Source: Negaprion brevirostris
Taxonomy: Eukaryota
Assembly (NCBI GenBank): GCA_030324005.1
Contig: JARDVH010000099.1
Coordinates: 70,845,786 to 70,909,785 of the forward strand
Length of the DNA stretch: 64,000 nt
Reading direction: 5' to 3'
Positions 1 through 12,109 of this stretch are shown here, piece after piece. How positions within the stretch are numbered: position 1 is the first letter of the stretch; each line of letters begins with the position of its first letter. Under the pieces are notes generated by a model. It was not told the origin of the DNA and made no database searches. It saw nothing but the letters and a program-made list of their open reading frames with translations. The translations under genes were made by a program, and so were the position numbers.

Positions 1-844
1 TATCGTGATAAGAGTGCTTTCTGCCTGGCTTGCTGTTATTGAATTGGAAGCACTGGTTAACTTTGTAGTTGAATTTTTGTTCCCTCAGTAAGTATTTGGC
101 CAATCAGATTTATGTGAGGAATTGACAATTTTCTAATTTGTTATGACCAGAATTTCTTGTATCCTCTGGCACACTGTGACTGTCCTCCTTTGTGTGAATT
201 ACTATACTGCTATGTCATATATAACCTCTTGTCCCGTTTAGTACCAATCTGGATGTATACATTAAGGCTTTGGAACAGAAGTGTCCCTGAGAAATGTTTA
301 GCCAAAAAAGTTTAGGAAAAATTGATCTTTCAGTTAGTGAAGAATCAAAACGTGAAAATTAGAATGGATTTTCAATCAGTACCTACATTTGTTTCATTGA
401 TCTGTGCAAAGTTTGCCATTTTACTACACCAGCCTAAAAATATATTGGCTATTTTATTGGTTAATGTCAATGTGTAGTTCTATGGACATGACTTCTTGAA
501 CTTTTGAAAGGCTGGCAACAGTGAAAGGACCCAGCTGAGACTGCTGGGGAAGTAGAATACTAGGAAGGGGAGGTTTTCACTAATGCTATTGATGATGACT
601 TTGCCGTTGAAAAACAAAGAATAGCATGCTCAAAGGAAAAGAAAGTTATTTCATAATCTAAAAGGACAATGAAAGGAAAGAATTTTCCATCTGGAAAAAA
701 GTAATAAAAGAGGAGTTGAGGGACAACTTATGTGTGAAATTTGGAGACTTCTCCAGTTATTGAGAGACCTTGTTGAGGTGTTAAATTATGCAGATTACAC
801 AGATGGTTGTTTCAGGGTTGATCACAGGTGTAAGATATATCAAA

Positions 845-1055
845 GCAGTAATTGCATTTATATAACACTGTTTAATGTTACAAAAACTCCCAAGGGGTTT
901 CACAAAATTTGACACTATTCTTAGGTGACCCAGAGGTCAAAGAAGTCTGTCTTAAAAGGCCTGTGGAAAAGAGAGAGAATTAGAGGAAGAGATTTGGAGG
1001 AAATTCCAAAGTGTGGGGTCTGAACAGCTGAAGGCATTGCCATCTGTGGTGGAGT
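845..1055 (-). mobile_element. L2 LINE 3' fragment (continues at 4630-4745 after nested insertions)
   Basis: Begins TTGCATTTATATAACAC, the reverse complement of an L2-type tail. Also contains GGAAATTCCAAAG...CAGCTGAAGGCA, shared with other L2 copies in the window. Confidence 0.6.
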
Positions 1056-1059
1056 TCTT

Positions 1060-1980
1060 TGAAGGGGTCGCATATGCTGTGATGAATGGAGAACCAGTGG
1101 ATGTACTGTACTTCGATTTCTAGAAGACATTTGGTAAAGTGCCACATCAAAAGTTATTGCTCAAAATAAAAGCTCTTGATGTAGGGGGTAACATGTTGGC
1201 AAGGATTGAAGATTGACTAGCTAACAGGAAATAGTTGGCAGGAAGTAACAAATAGTGTGCCACAGGGATCAATCCTGGGCCTCAAGTTTTTAGAATTTAT
1301 ATAAATGACTTGGGATGAAGGGACTCAAGGTATGGTTAATAAATTTTCTGATGACAAATGTTAGGAAAGTTAATTGTGATTTGGACATATGGAGGCTACA
1401 AAGGGACATGTGTTAAGTGAGTGGGCAAAAATCTGGCTAATAGAATATAATGTGAGCAAATGTGAGATTGCCCACTTTAAGCAGGAAGAATATAAAAAAA
1501 GCTTGTTATCCAAATGGTGAGAGATTGCAGAGCTCTCAGATGTAGAGGGATGTGAGTTTCCTAATGCATGAATCACAAAAGGTACAACAACTAATTAGGA
1601 AAACTAATAGAATATTATCTTTAATGTGAGGGGAATTGATTAGAAAAGTAGTGAGGTTATGCCTCAGCTTTATAGGGCATTAGTGAGACCACATTCGAGT
1701 ATTGTGTATAGTATTCTCCTTATTTAAGGAAAGGTGTTGATGTATTAGAAGCAGATCAGAGAAAGCTTACGAGACTAATGCCAGGAATTGGCAGGTTGCT
1801 GTATGAGGAAAGGTTGGAGAGATTAGGTTTTTATCCACCAGAGTTAAAAGAGTAAGAGGTGGCTTGATCAAAACTTTTAAGATCATGAAGGGTATTGTAG
1901 GTGTGGAGAACATATTTCCTCTTGTCGGAGATTCGAGAACTAGGGAGTCACTGCTTAAAAATAAGGGATTACTCATTTGA
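1060..1980 (+). mobile_element. CR1 LINE ORF2 (RT) fragment, decayed; 5' part of a copy split by a PLE
   Basis: Translates to VDVLYFDF*KTFGKVPHQKLLLKIKA, VPQGSILG, KFSDD and LVRPHSSIV, with stops and frameshifts. Confidence 0.9.
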
Positions 1981-2042
1981 ACACAGTGAGAAGTCTCGCA
2001 ACACTAGGTTAAAGTCCAACAGGTTTACTTGATAGCACAAGC

Positions 2043-2077
2043 CACAAGCTTTCCGAATGTTGCCCCTTCACCAGGTG
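2043..2077 (-). ncRNA. Degenerate type I hammerhead ribozyme motif in PLE pLTR
   Basis: The reverse complement reads CAC-CTGGTGA-AGGGGCAACATTCG-GAAA-GCTT-GTG. Core A6 is mutated. Confidence 0.6.
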
Positions 2078-4236
2078 AATGGGAGTTCTGTTCACAAACA
2101 GGGCATATAAAGAGACAAACTCAGCAGGAAGAGAACATTCTTGCCTGATGATTGTTGAGCAGTGTTCATTCATCTATTGTCGTAGCGTCTACATGGTCTC
2201 CCCAATGTACCATGCCTCGGGACATCCTGTCCTGTATCAGGTAGACAACGTTGGCTGAGTTGCAAGTGTATGTATGGTGTACCTGGTGGATTCACGTGAG
2301 ATGATAGCATCTGTGTCAATGATCTGGCACATCTTGTAAAGGTTGCTGTGGCAGGGTTGTGTGGTGTCGTAGTCACTGTTCTCCTGAAGGCTGGGTAGTC
2401 TGCTGTGGACAATGGTCTGTTTGAGGTTGTTCAGTTGTTTGAAGGCAAGAAGTGGGGGTGTGGGGATGGCCTTGGCGATACGTTCGTCTTCGTCAATGAT
2501 ATGTTGAAGGCTCCGGAGAAGATGTCATAGCTTCTCCGCTCTGGGTAAGTACTGGACGACGAAGGATACTCTGTTCACCGTGTCCCATGTTTGGCTTCTG
2601 AGGAGGTCGGTGCAGTTTTTCGCTGTGGCACATCAGAACTGTTGATAATGAGTCAACCACCATTTCCTGTTCTTATGAGGGCATCTTTCAGCGTCTTGAG
2701 GTGTCTGTTGCGATCCTCCTCATCTAAGCAGATCCTGTGTATATGGAGGGCTTCTCTATAGGGAATGGCTTCTTTAATGTGTTTAGGGTGGAAGCAGGAG
2801 AAGTAAAGCGTCGTGAGGTTATCCGTGGGCTTGCGGTACAGTGAAGTGCTGAAGTGACCGACCTTATTGAAGACGCGTGTGTCCAAGAATGCAACCGACT
2901 CCGGAGAGTAGTCCATGGTGAGTCTGATGGTGGGATATTGATGTCATCATATAGTTGTTTCAGTGATTGTTCACCATGAGTCCAAAGGAAGAAAATGTCA
3001 TTTAGGTCATTCCTTGGGGGGATGTAGCTGTTATACTAGGGGGAATAACTTTATGGTTCATGGTGGGAGACATAGGAGGGNNNNNNNNNNNNNNNNNNNN
3101 NNNNNNNNNNNNNNNNNNNNNNNNNNNNNNNNNNNNNNNNNNNNNNNNNNNNNNNNNNNNNNNNNNNNNNNNNNNNNNNNCCATACGGGATGGCTTCTTT
3201 AATGTGTTTAGGGTGAAAGCTGGAGAAGTGGACCATCGTGAGTTTATCCGTGGGCTTGTGGTATGGTAAAGTGCTGAGGTGACCGTCCTTGATGGAGATG
3301 CGTACATCCAAGAATGCAGCCGATTCCAGAGAGTAGTCCATGGTGAGTCTGATGGTGGGATGGAACCTGTTGATGTCGTCATATAGTTGTTTCACTGTAC
3401 ATCATGCGTCCAAAGGAAGGAATATGATGACATCATCATCATTTATGTGAAGCTACGACATCTTCTCCGGAGCCTTCAACATGTCATCGATGATGACGAA
3501 CATCTCGCCAAGGCTATCCCCACACCCCCACTTCTTGCCTTCAAATAACCGCACAACTTCAAACAGACCATTGACCGCAGCAAACTATCCAGCATTTAGG
3601 AAAACAGTGACCACGGTACCACACAACCATGCCACAGTAACCTCTGCAAGATGTGCCGGATCATCGACACGGATGCCATCGTCTTGCGTGAGAACACCAT
3701 CCACCAGTTACTCGGTACATACACTTGCAACTCGGCCAATGTTGTCTACCTGAAGGAACGGATGTCCCGTGACATGGTACATTGGGGAGACCATGCAGAC
3801 GCTAAGACAACAGATGAATGAACACTGCTCAACAATCACCAGGCAGGAGTGTTCTCTTTCTGTTGGAGAATACTTCAGCGGTCGCAGGCATTTGGCCTCT
3901 GATCTCCTGGTAAACGTTCTCCAAAGCGGCCTTCACAACACACGACAACACAGAATCACTGAGCAGAGACTGATAGCCAAGTTCCACACACATGAGGACG
4001 GCTTCAATCAGGATCTTGGGTTCATGTCACACTATCTGTAACATCCACAACTTGACTGGACTTGCAAAATCTCACTAATTGTCCTGGCTGGAAACAATAC
4101 ACACCTCTTTAACCTGTGCTTAGCCCTCTCTGCACTCATTGTCTGTACCTTTTAAGACTTGATTACCTTTAAAGACTCGCATTCCAACCATTAGTTTATA
4201 TCTTCATATGCCCTGTTTGTGAACAGAAGTCTCACT

Positions 4237-4271
4237 CACCTGATAAAGGGACAGCGCTCCAAAAGTTTGTG
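4237..4271 (+). ncRNA. Degenerate type I hammerhead ribozyme motif in PLE pLTR
   Basis: CAC-CTGATAA-AGGGACAGCGCTCC-AAAA-GTTT-GTG. G8 and G12 are mutated to A. Confidence 0.6.
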
Positions 4272-4365
4272 TCTTGTGCTACCAAATAAACCTGTTGGAC
4301 TTTAACCTGTGTTGTGACACTCCTTACTGTACTTACCCCAGTCCAACGCCGGCATCTCCACATCA

Positions 4366-4628
4366 TTGCTCATTTAAGACAGAGATAAGGAGAACTTTTT
4401 TTTTGAGAGTTGAGACTTTCTGGAACTCTTTCTCAAAAGGCAAAGGAAGCAGAATCTTTGAATACTTGTAAGGCAGAGCCAGTGGATTTTTGATTAGCAA
4501 GGCGGTGAAGGGTTATCAGGGATAGGTAAGGATGTGGATTTAAGTTAGAATCCGATCAGCAGTGATCTTACTGAATAGCTGAGTAGCTTGGGGGACTGAG
4601 TGGCTTGCTCCTAATTCATACATTTGCA
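4366..4628 (+). mobile_element. CR1 LINE 3' end (continuation of 1060-1980)
   Basis: GCTCATTTAAGACAGAGAT resumes where the CR1 broke off (compare the uninterrupted copy at 19850-19880). Ends with the CR1 tail GATCAGC..GATCTTACTGAAT...GCTCCTAATTC. Confidence 0.88.
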
Positions 4629-4629
4629 T

Positions 4630-4745
4630 GAGGTTGTGCAAGTTGCTGGAATTAGAAAAGCTCAGTTTTTGGACTGGAAAAGGTTACAGAGATGGGAACA
4701 GCGAGACCGCAGTGATTTGAAAATGAGGATGAAAATTTAAAAATC
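4630..4745 (-). mobile_element. L2 fragment (continuation of 845-1055)
   Basis: GGTTACAGAGATGGGA...GATTTGAAAATGAGGATGAAAATTTAAAA is the reverse complement of the L2 segment seen on + at 54525-54590. Confidence 0.6.
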
Positions 4746-5126
4746 CCCCATACAATTTTTCCAGGCTGGAAAAGTCTAAATTTCTCTATAGTCTTTCAAT
4801 ATAATTGCCCACTATGTGAAACAATCGACAGTTAAACACATTGCTTCAAAAGAATAGGTACTCTGACCTCCTAAAATGAGATTAAGGCAATTCAGTGATG
4901 TGCCGTGTTTGATTACTGTTTAATATCTGTTGGGTTAATTCCAGAAAGAAAAAGTTCAGCAAGTTATGCAGCAGTTCTGACACCAGGTCAATAATACAAA
5001 GTGAAATTAGGTCAGTAAAGAAATTAGCACATTTTATAGTGGAACTCTATTTTTTCGGATCAAATTTGGCCTTTTTTTTGATCAAATCTTTGAAGTGGGG
5101 TTTGAACCAACACCTGAAGCAACTGA

Positions 5127-5442
5127 GTGGCATGGTGGCACAGTGGTTAGCACTGCTGCCTCACAGTGCCAGGGACCTGGCTTCAATTCTAGCCTCAGGT
5201 CACTGTGTGAAGTTTGCACATTCACTCCATGTCTCCGTGGGTTTCCTGCGGTTGCTGTAGTTTCCTCCCACAGTCCAAAGATGTCTGGATTACGTTGATT
5301 GACCATGCTAAATTAACCCCAGTGACAGGGGGATTACAGGGTAAATATGTGGGGTTATGGGAACAGAGCCTGGGTGGGATTCTGGTCTGTGCACACTCGA
5401 TGGACCGAATGGCCTCCTTCTGCACTTAGGGATTCTATGATA
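5127..5442 (+). mobile_element. HE1-type tRNA-derived V-SINE, CR1-type tail
   Basis: Head GGTGGCACAGTGGTTAGCACTGCTGCCTCACAG, V-domain GGGTTTCC...TTTCCTCCCACAGTCCAAAGATG, tail GAATGGCCTCCTTCTGCACTTAGGGATTCTATG. Confidence 0.9.
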
Positions 5443-5938
5443 TGAGTCACAGCTGACATCTTGTATACATCATCATACATTGTTTAAGTAATCTAATAAT
5501 GTGTTAAACTCTAAGAGTGAGCAGTATCTAAAACAAGGAGGGAAGCACGCTTATTGTTTGCAATGTTTTTAAATAATCCATAAGCGAATGTGGATAAATA
5601 ATCAAAGTCTACCTATGTATATCCTTTCTATTGCAGGAATTGCCAGTGGTGCCTGATATTTGTTGCCCTAGCCAAATGTGACACATCGATTTAGTACAGC
5701 ATGAGATGTGAAATATGGCTCCATAGGGGGAGATTTTGAATAATCCTGTTGGCAACAGGTGTCGGATCATTCTAATCCACATTAATGGTGCTTGAACTGC
5801 TTTACTGCCTCTAGGGATTGCATTAATCTGATTTGATTAGTACTTCTGAGTCCTTATTAGAGGAAAGGGGTTGAGCATTTAGATTCAGAAACATTTAATT
5901 CAAATCCTTAATCTGATGTTCCAATATTAACATTACTC

Positions 5939-6004
5939 TAGGGCAGGAGAAAAACCTTTCCTTGATTGCTACATTAGGGCAGGGGAAAAGTCTTTCTTTG
6001 ATTG
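5939..6004. repeat. Two-copy imperfect tandem repeat, period 36 bp
   Basis: TAGGGCAGGAGAAAAACCTTTCCTTGATTG and TAGGGCAGGGGAAAAGTCTTTCTTTGATTG. Confidence 0.75.
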
Positions 6005-6514
6005 TAAGTGTGCAACTGAAATATGTCTCCCTCCCTTGACTGCTAAACCATTGAAAATTGGATTAATGCATAGTAATCCTCATCAATTCCTCCCCACCAC
6101 GCAAGTAGATCTGCAGTGAAAAAGGCAAAATTATTGTGTACAATAATTAATAGAATAGGGATAAGCGACAAGGTGAGAGCCCCACTCTTTCTCTCTTATC
6201 AAGAAAACCTAACCTAAAAGTTGTTTTCTTTCCTCTCTTATAATTCACATGTCAGTGTAGCAGTGGGCAAAACTCTGCAGTCTTTTCTTTGACGTACTGA
6301 GGGAGTTGTAGGTAAGCATTGGATTGGGGGTGTTTGTGTCTCTTTTCCTACCTTTCCTCTTCCTTTTTCTTCCTTTTTCATTTTTTTCTCCTGTCTTTCT
6401 CCATCAACAACAACTATCATTTTCATAGCACCTTTATTGAAGGAAAACATTCCACACTGCCTGACAAATGAATCAAAGAATTGGGTCTTGAACAAAGAGA
6501 TGGATTTTAAAAAG

Positions 6515-6650
6515 TTATTCATGGATGTGGGCATTGCTGACAAGGATAGCATTTATCATTGATGTCTAGTTGCCCTTGAGAAGGTGGTTGTGAGTTCCTA
6601 CCTTGAACTGTTGCAGTCACTGAGTGTAGGTACATCTACAGTGCTGTTAG
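6515..6650 (-). mobile_element. 3' end of the same LINE family as 10440-11968, inserted in an L2 relic (about 6405-6780)
   Basis: Reverse-complement match to 11829-11960 (TAACAGCACTG...CACCACCTTCTTGAGGGCAATT...ATAAATGCT). Confidence 0.75.
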
Positions 6651-6839
6651 ACCATGGTGAATGATCTAAGGGGTTGAGGGAATGGCCATCATGGTGAGAT
6701 GAAGGGGAGAAATTGGGATTATAGGACTAGGAGAAATGAGACTATGAAGGGATTAAACCAAAGAATAATTTTATAGAGTCATAGATGTTTAGTTGAGATA
6801 TTAACATAGATGTGAAAACCTGGAGACCTGTCTATCCCC

Positions 6840-7045
6840 TGTGCCAATAGTGCCTTTTGCACGGTCCTGAGAGCGCAGATTCTCAATTTAAAAATTGACA
6901 AAGTATCACACCTCTTGACAGTGTCCAGCACTGCCTCAGCACTGTACAAACGTGCCAGCCTAGATTATGTGCTTAACTCTCCAGAATATGACTGAATTCC
7001 ATGACATTTTGAGTTAAGAAGCAAGGAGGTTACAAGCTACCAACG
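6840..7045 (-). mobile_element. SacSINE1-like DeuSINE fragment
   Basis: GACAGTGTCCAGCACTGCCTCAGCACTGTAC...CAGCCTAGATTATGTGCT is the antisense Deu-domain/head. Confidence 0.7.
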
Positions 7046-7617
7046 CTGGTACTTGCATAGTTATCATTTCATTTCACAGAAAAAAAGTAATTTCTCAGAG
7101 TAAGGATTCAGAGTACAACCAATTCCCAAATAATTGCATGGATATTTTTGCTATGACCATTTCTTTTATGGGCTGCTTTACATTCTGAATTGTTGGTAAT
7201 TTAGTTTGCAACATGACTTTTTCCTTTCTCTCCTCACTGCTAGTAAGTTATTTTAAAACTGATGGAAAAGTCTGTTATTATATTGTAAATGTCCTTCCGT
7301 GAGATGTGAACTGGAATGTGTGTTCCCATGGAAATGGAATGGCTATTGTATGCACGCCTCAATTCATGATGAACTACATCACCATTGGTTGACACCAGCA
7401 CTTTGTTTTGGACAGTGAGTAGATCTGGCGTTCTAAATAAACGGAGCGTTATATAACTTCTTACTTTACTAACAATCCACCTTGGTTTCCAGCAAAAAAA
7501 AAAGTTTTTAATTGCTGTGTGCTCTACAGCTCAGCACTTCACCGTGACTATCTCAGTAGATTTAGGTTTCAGTTGGGTTCTTGCAAGCTAAATTAGATAT
7601 ATACAGACCTGTCAAGT

Positions 7618-7912
7618 TTTAAAGTTAATTTATTTGTGTCACAAGTAGGCTTACATANNNNNNNNNNNNNNNNNNNNNNNNNNNNNNNNNNNNNNNNNNN
7701 NNNNNNNNNNNNNNNNNNNNNNNNNNNNNNNNNNNNNNNNNNNNNNNNNNNNNNNNNNNNNNNNNNNNTGGACTGTGGGAGCACCTGGAGAAAACCACGC
7801 AGACATGGGGAGAACTTGCAGACTCTGCACAGACAGTGAGCCAAGCTAGGAATCGGATCCGGGTCCCTGGTGTTGTCAGGCGGCAGCTCTAACCACTATG
7901 GCACTGTGCAGC
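7618..7912 (-). mobile_element. HE1-type SINE with alternative (type B) tail, spanning a gap
   Basis: Antisense tail TTTATTTGTGTCACAAGTAGGCTTACAT before the gap; antisense V-domain and tRNA head after it. Confidence 0.82.
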
Positions 7913-8777
7913 CCTTCAAGTGTCATTCATTATGTGAAAACAGCTAATTTTTGGGTTTTTAAAAAAATATTAGCTATTTTGTGCATCCCTTTGCAAAAGT
8001 GTATAATGTTTAAATTGTCTTGTAACCCAATTAACTCACTTAATGTCTAGTTCTTTTCATAAAAGCTCCTATCGGAATATATTTAGTAAAGGTGCAACAC
8101 AGGGAGTTCCCCATTTTCATTAAATCTTTGCGAGATTAGGTATGAATTTATAATGCAGTCTGTCAACTCATTTGCAAGCTGCTGCTTCCTAGTTCTGCAG
8201 TATGTGGGAACATACTGTTTAAAGTGAGGTTACTATATAAAAAAAAAAGTTGCAAAAACTATTCAACAGTTTTTGGTAGTGAAAGGAAAAGTCCCTTTCT
8301 CTGATTTTCAGAACAAAAACTTGTTTGTAGACAACAATGCATAATGTGGTAAATGGTAAGCTGACTGTGACTCAGGATGTTGCCTTTAAATCAAGCCTGA
8401 CAAAACAGTACTTAAGAATGGATTTTATATAAAAATTGACAGATGCAGGATGATTCTTAATGGTTGATGAATGTAAGATCAGAAGTAGGTCACTTCATGT
8501 CGCTCAAGCTTGTTCCCCCATTCTGTTCCATCATTGCTGATCTATTTCTCCCTACCCCATGTCAGTTAGGATCATCAGTTAGATCATTAATTAGCCTTCT
8601 AAACCCAAGAGAATAGAAACCATTTCTGATTATTCATTAACAATATGTTAGAACAAACAAGAAATGAAAGCTATGGCCTCCAGTTACTTGCAGACAGTGA
8701 TTGATAGCCGCCATAGACATTGTTGTCCAAGTAGTTGATATCAGTAGAGTAGATAGACTCTATCTATCTTCTCTAGA

Positions 8778-9905
8778 ACCTGTGCATTTAGACTTCCAAA
8801 AAGTATTTGACAAGGCACTGCATAAGAGACTGATGCATAAAGTAAAAGCCCATGGGATTGGAAGGAGTGTGTTAGCATGGATTGAAAACTGGTTTGTTAC
8901 ATAGAATAGAGAGTTGGAATAAATGGATCCTTTTCAGAGTGGAAAGATGTAACAATGGAGTTCTTGGCCAGCAACTGTTCATTATTTACATTAATGACCT
9001 GGAGGAAGGAACATAATGTGAGGTTTCCAATTTGCCAATGATACAAAGATGGGTGGGAGGGCATGTTGTGATAAGGATTCTGCTACGTGATATAGTTAGA
9101 TTGAGTGACTGGAAAATAGAGGTTAATGTGAGGAAGTATGAATTCATGCACTTTAGTAGGAGGAACCAGAGGGCAGATTAATTTCAGAATGGAGAGAGAC
9201 TGCAGATGACTGGAGTACAGAGGTGTTTTAGTTTATGAATCACAAAAAGCTAGCAGGCAGATCTCCTTAAAGACATTTGCCTTTAAGAAGGCAAATGGCA
9301 TTTTGGCCTTTATTGCAAAGAATTGCAGTTTAAAAAAGGAAGGTTTTGTTGCAATTGTACAGGATGTTGGTGAAGCCTTACCTGGAATACTGCGTAAGTT
9401 TTGGCCCCCTTACCTAACTTCGGAGGCAGTCCAAAGGAGATTCACAAGGATAATTCCTGGAATGGGATTGTTGTCCTATCAAGAGAGACTAAATAGCCTG
9501 AGTCTGTATTTCTTGGAGATTAGAAGAGTGAGGGTTGACCTTATTTAAACATGTAAGGTCCTGAGGGGACTTGACAGGGTAGATGGTGAGATGTTTTCAC
9601 TAGTGGGAGAGTCTCAAACAAGGGGATGCAGCTGTAAGGTAAAGGGCCAGACGTTTAAACCCGAGTTGCATAGAAATCTCTCCTCACAGAGGGTGGTGAA
9701 TTTCTGGAATTCTATGTCCCAAAGGGTGTTGGAGACTGAATCATTAGAAGTATTCAGTGTGGAAATGGATAAATGTTTGATAGATTAAGGAACAGAGGAC
9801 AGTGGATAAATGGTGCAGAAAAGGAGTTGAGACTGCTAAACATAAACCGTGATCGTATTGAATGGCGGGGTAGGCTTGAAGGGTCTGTGTGTTCTTGTCA
9901 GTGCT
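8778..9905 (+). mobile_element. CR1 LINE, RT to 3' end, decayed
   Basis: VHLDFQKVFDKALHKRLMHKVKAHGIGRSVLAWIENW, FANDTK and EAVQRRFTRIIPGM..LSYQERL, followed by a CR1 3' UTR. Confidence 0.92.
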
Positions 9906-10439
9906 TCCTTTTTTATTTTCCAATGTATTTTATTTCTAATCAAGTCTTGGGTTTTGGGTACAGTATCCTAAAATTGATTAATTCTCCACCCTGAATGTGG
10001 GGCAGTTTGTTTCTCTTCAGTACAAGTCTGGCCAAGGGCTGTTATCAAATTGAAATAATGGACACTGCTAAAATTTTTGAATTTAGTATCAGTGGCAAAT
10101 TACATTATTCAATATTCTCAACAATGAATTGTGAATGTTTCTTGGTGTTTTCCCTTTCCCTGGTTCAAGCAGCAAATATTCTCTAAATTCAAGTTGGTTG
10201 AGTTGCTATGACATCCATTTCTTGTTGGGAATTATGTGTGGAAATGATTCAGGTTTATGATTCTTGTAAATAAAACTTTGGTCTGTTTTGTTACACATAA
10301 TGAGAATTGAGGTTTGGAAGTAGATTTTGCACAGCAATAGAGTCACAGGAAGGAGTGAGGGAAAACCACAATGATTCACTTGGCCTTCATGATGTTCTAA
10401 CTGGGATTAGTATTGGGAAACATTTGCAACAATATTCTG

Positions 10440-11968
10440 TCAGAGGTGCAGAGTGGAAGATCCATCTCTGCCTTCTCAGGAGTTCCCAGCATCTCAGATG
10501 CCAGTCTTCAGTCAGTTTAGTGAAATTTGGTCAATCATTCCATTTAATGTCAAGAAACCACTGTAGTCACTGGATACTGCAAAGGCAATGGGCCTGCCAA
10601 CGTTCTAGCAATAGTCCTGGAGACTTGTGCACCAGAACTATCTGCAGCCTTAGTCAACCTGTTCAAAACAGTCACAACACTGGAAGCTACCCACAACATG
10701 GAAAATTGCCCAGCTACATCCTGCACACAAAAAGAAAGACAAATTCAATTTGGCCAATTAGTGCCCCATCAATCTACTTTTGATCGTCAGCAAAGTGATG
10801 GAATGGGTCACCAGCAGATCTCTCAAGTGATCAGCAATAATCGACTCATTAATGCTCAGTTTTAGCTCTGCCAGGGCCTCTCAGCTCCTGACCTCATTAC
10901 AGCCCTTTTCTAAACATGGGAAAAAAAGCTGAACCCCAGAAATGAGGTGAGAATGACTGTCCTTGACATCAAGGCAGCATTTGAACGAATGTGGCATCAA
11001 GGACCATGGGAAGGGAAGAAGTTCTGCACTGGTTAGAATCATGTTTATTTCAAAGGAAAATGGTTGTTGGAAGTCCAAAATCATTTCGGTCCCAGGACGT
11101 CACTATAGGAGTTCCTCAGGCAAATGTCTTACGGCTGACCATCTTCAGCTGCTTCATCAATGGCCTTTCTTATAAGGTAAGAAGTGGGGATGTTCACTGA
11201 TAATTCGATAAATGTTCAGCAGCATTTGGCCTCATAATTTAAAGTAGTCTGTACCCATGTGCAGCAAGACCTAGACGACATTCAGGCTTGCGCTGATAAG
11301 TAGCAAGTAACGTTTATGCCATACAAGTGCCAGGCAATGGTTATCTCCAGTAAAAGAACATCCCCCATTCAATGGCAATACTAAAGTTGAGTTCCCCACT
11401 ATGAACATCCCGTGGGCTACCATTGAGCAGAAACTGAACTAGACCAACCATATAAATACTGTGGATACAAGAGCAGGTCAAAGGCTGGAAATTCTGCAAG
11501 AGCACTCACCTCATGACTCAAAGCCTGTCCACCATTTGCAAGGCGCAAGTCAGGTGTGTGATAGAATACTCTCACTTGCCTGGATGAGTACGGCTCCAAC
11601 CTCATTCAGGAACCTCACCACCGTCTAGGACAAAGCAGCCTGTTTGATTGGCACTTCATCCACTGTCTTCAACTTCCACTCTTGCAGTGTGTACCATCTA
11701 CAAGATGTACTGCAGTAACATACCAAAGCTCCTTTTAATAACAACTTCCAAACCCACAATCTCTACCATCTAGAAGGACAAGGGCTATTCTTCCACTGTC
11801 ATTGATCAAAATCCTGAAACTCCATCCGTAACAGCACTGAGTGCACCTGCATCTAGTGGACTGATTGAAGAAAGCAGCTCAGCACCACCTTCTTGAGGGC
11901 AATTGGAGATAGGCAATAAATGCTGGCCTAGCCAGTGAAGTCTACATCCTGTGAAAGAATAAAAGAAA
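10440..11968 (+). mobile_element. Non-LTR retrotransposon of the CR1/Jockey group (FDRVWH-type RT), 3' half, decayed
   Basis: VLDIKAAFERMWHQG (about 10958-11002), GVPQANVLRLTIFSCFIN and MFTDN (FADD-like); ends GAATAAAAGAAA. Exact clade uncertain. Confidence 0.85.
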
Positions 11969-12109
11969 TTTGGTCATAATTAAGCAAATAGTGCAAGGAA
12001 TAGCTCAGGACTTGAAGTTAGGATTATATAAGTGGTTTACTACTGGAATACAGAGCTGGTGAACAGCTGTGTCTATTGATTTTAATGGAGTTCACACACC
12101 ATACCATCA

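Larger units (their letters stand above)
1981..4365. mobile_element. Penelope-like element, complex insertion: minus arm 1981-3000, second minus RT piece 3181-3445, plus arm (GIY-YIG + pLTR) 3446-4365
   Basis: RT motifs DIFFLWTHG, FHPTIRLTMDYS..FLD and LYRKPTD; GIY-YIG motif WYIGETMQTLRQQMNEH...EQRLIAKF...GFN. The termini 1981-2120 and 4200-4332 are inverted copies. Near-TSD TTACTCATTTGA (1969-1980) / TTGCTCATTTAA (4366-4377). Confidence 0.92.
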
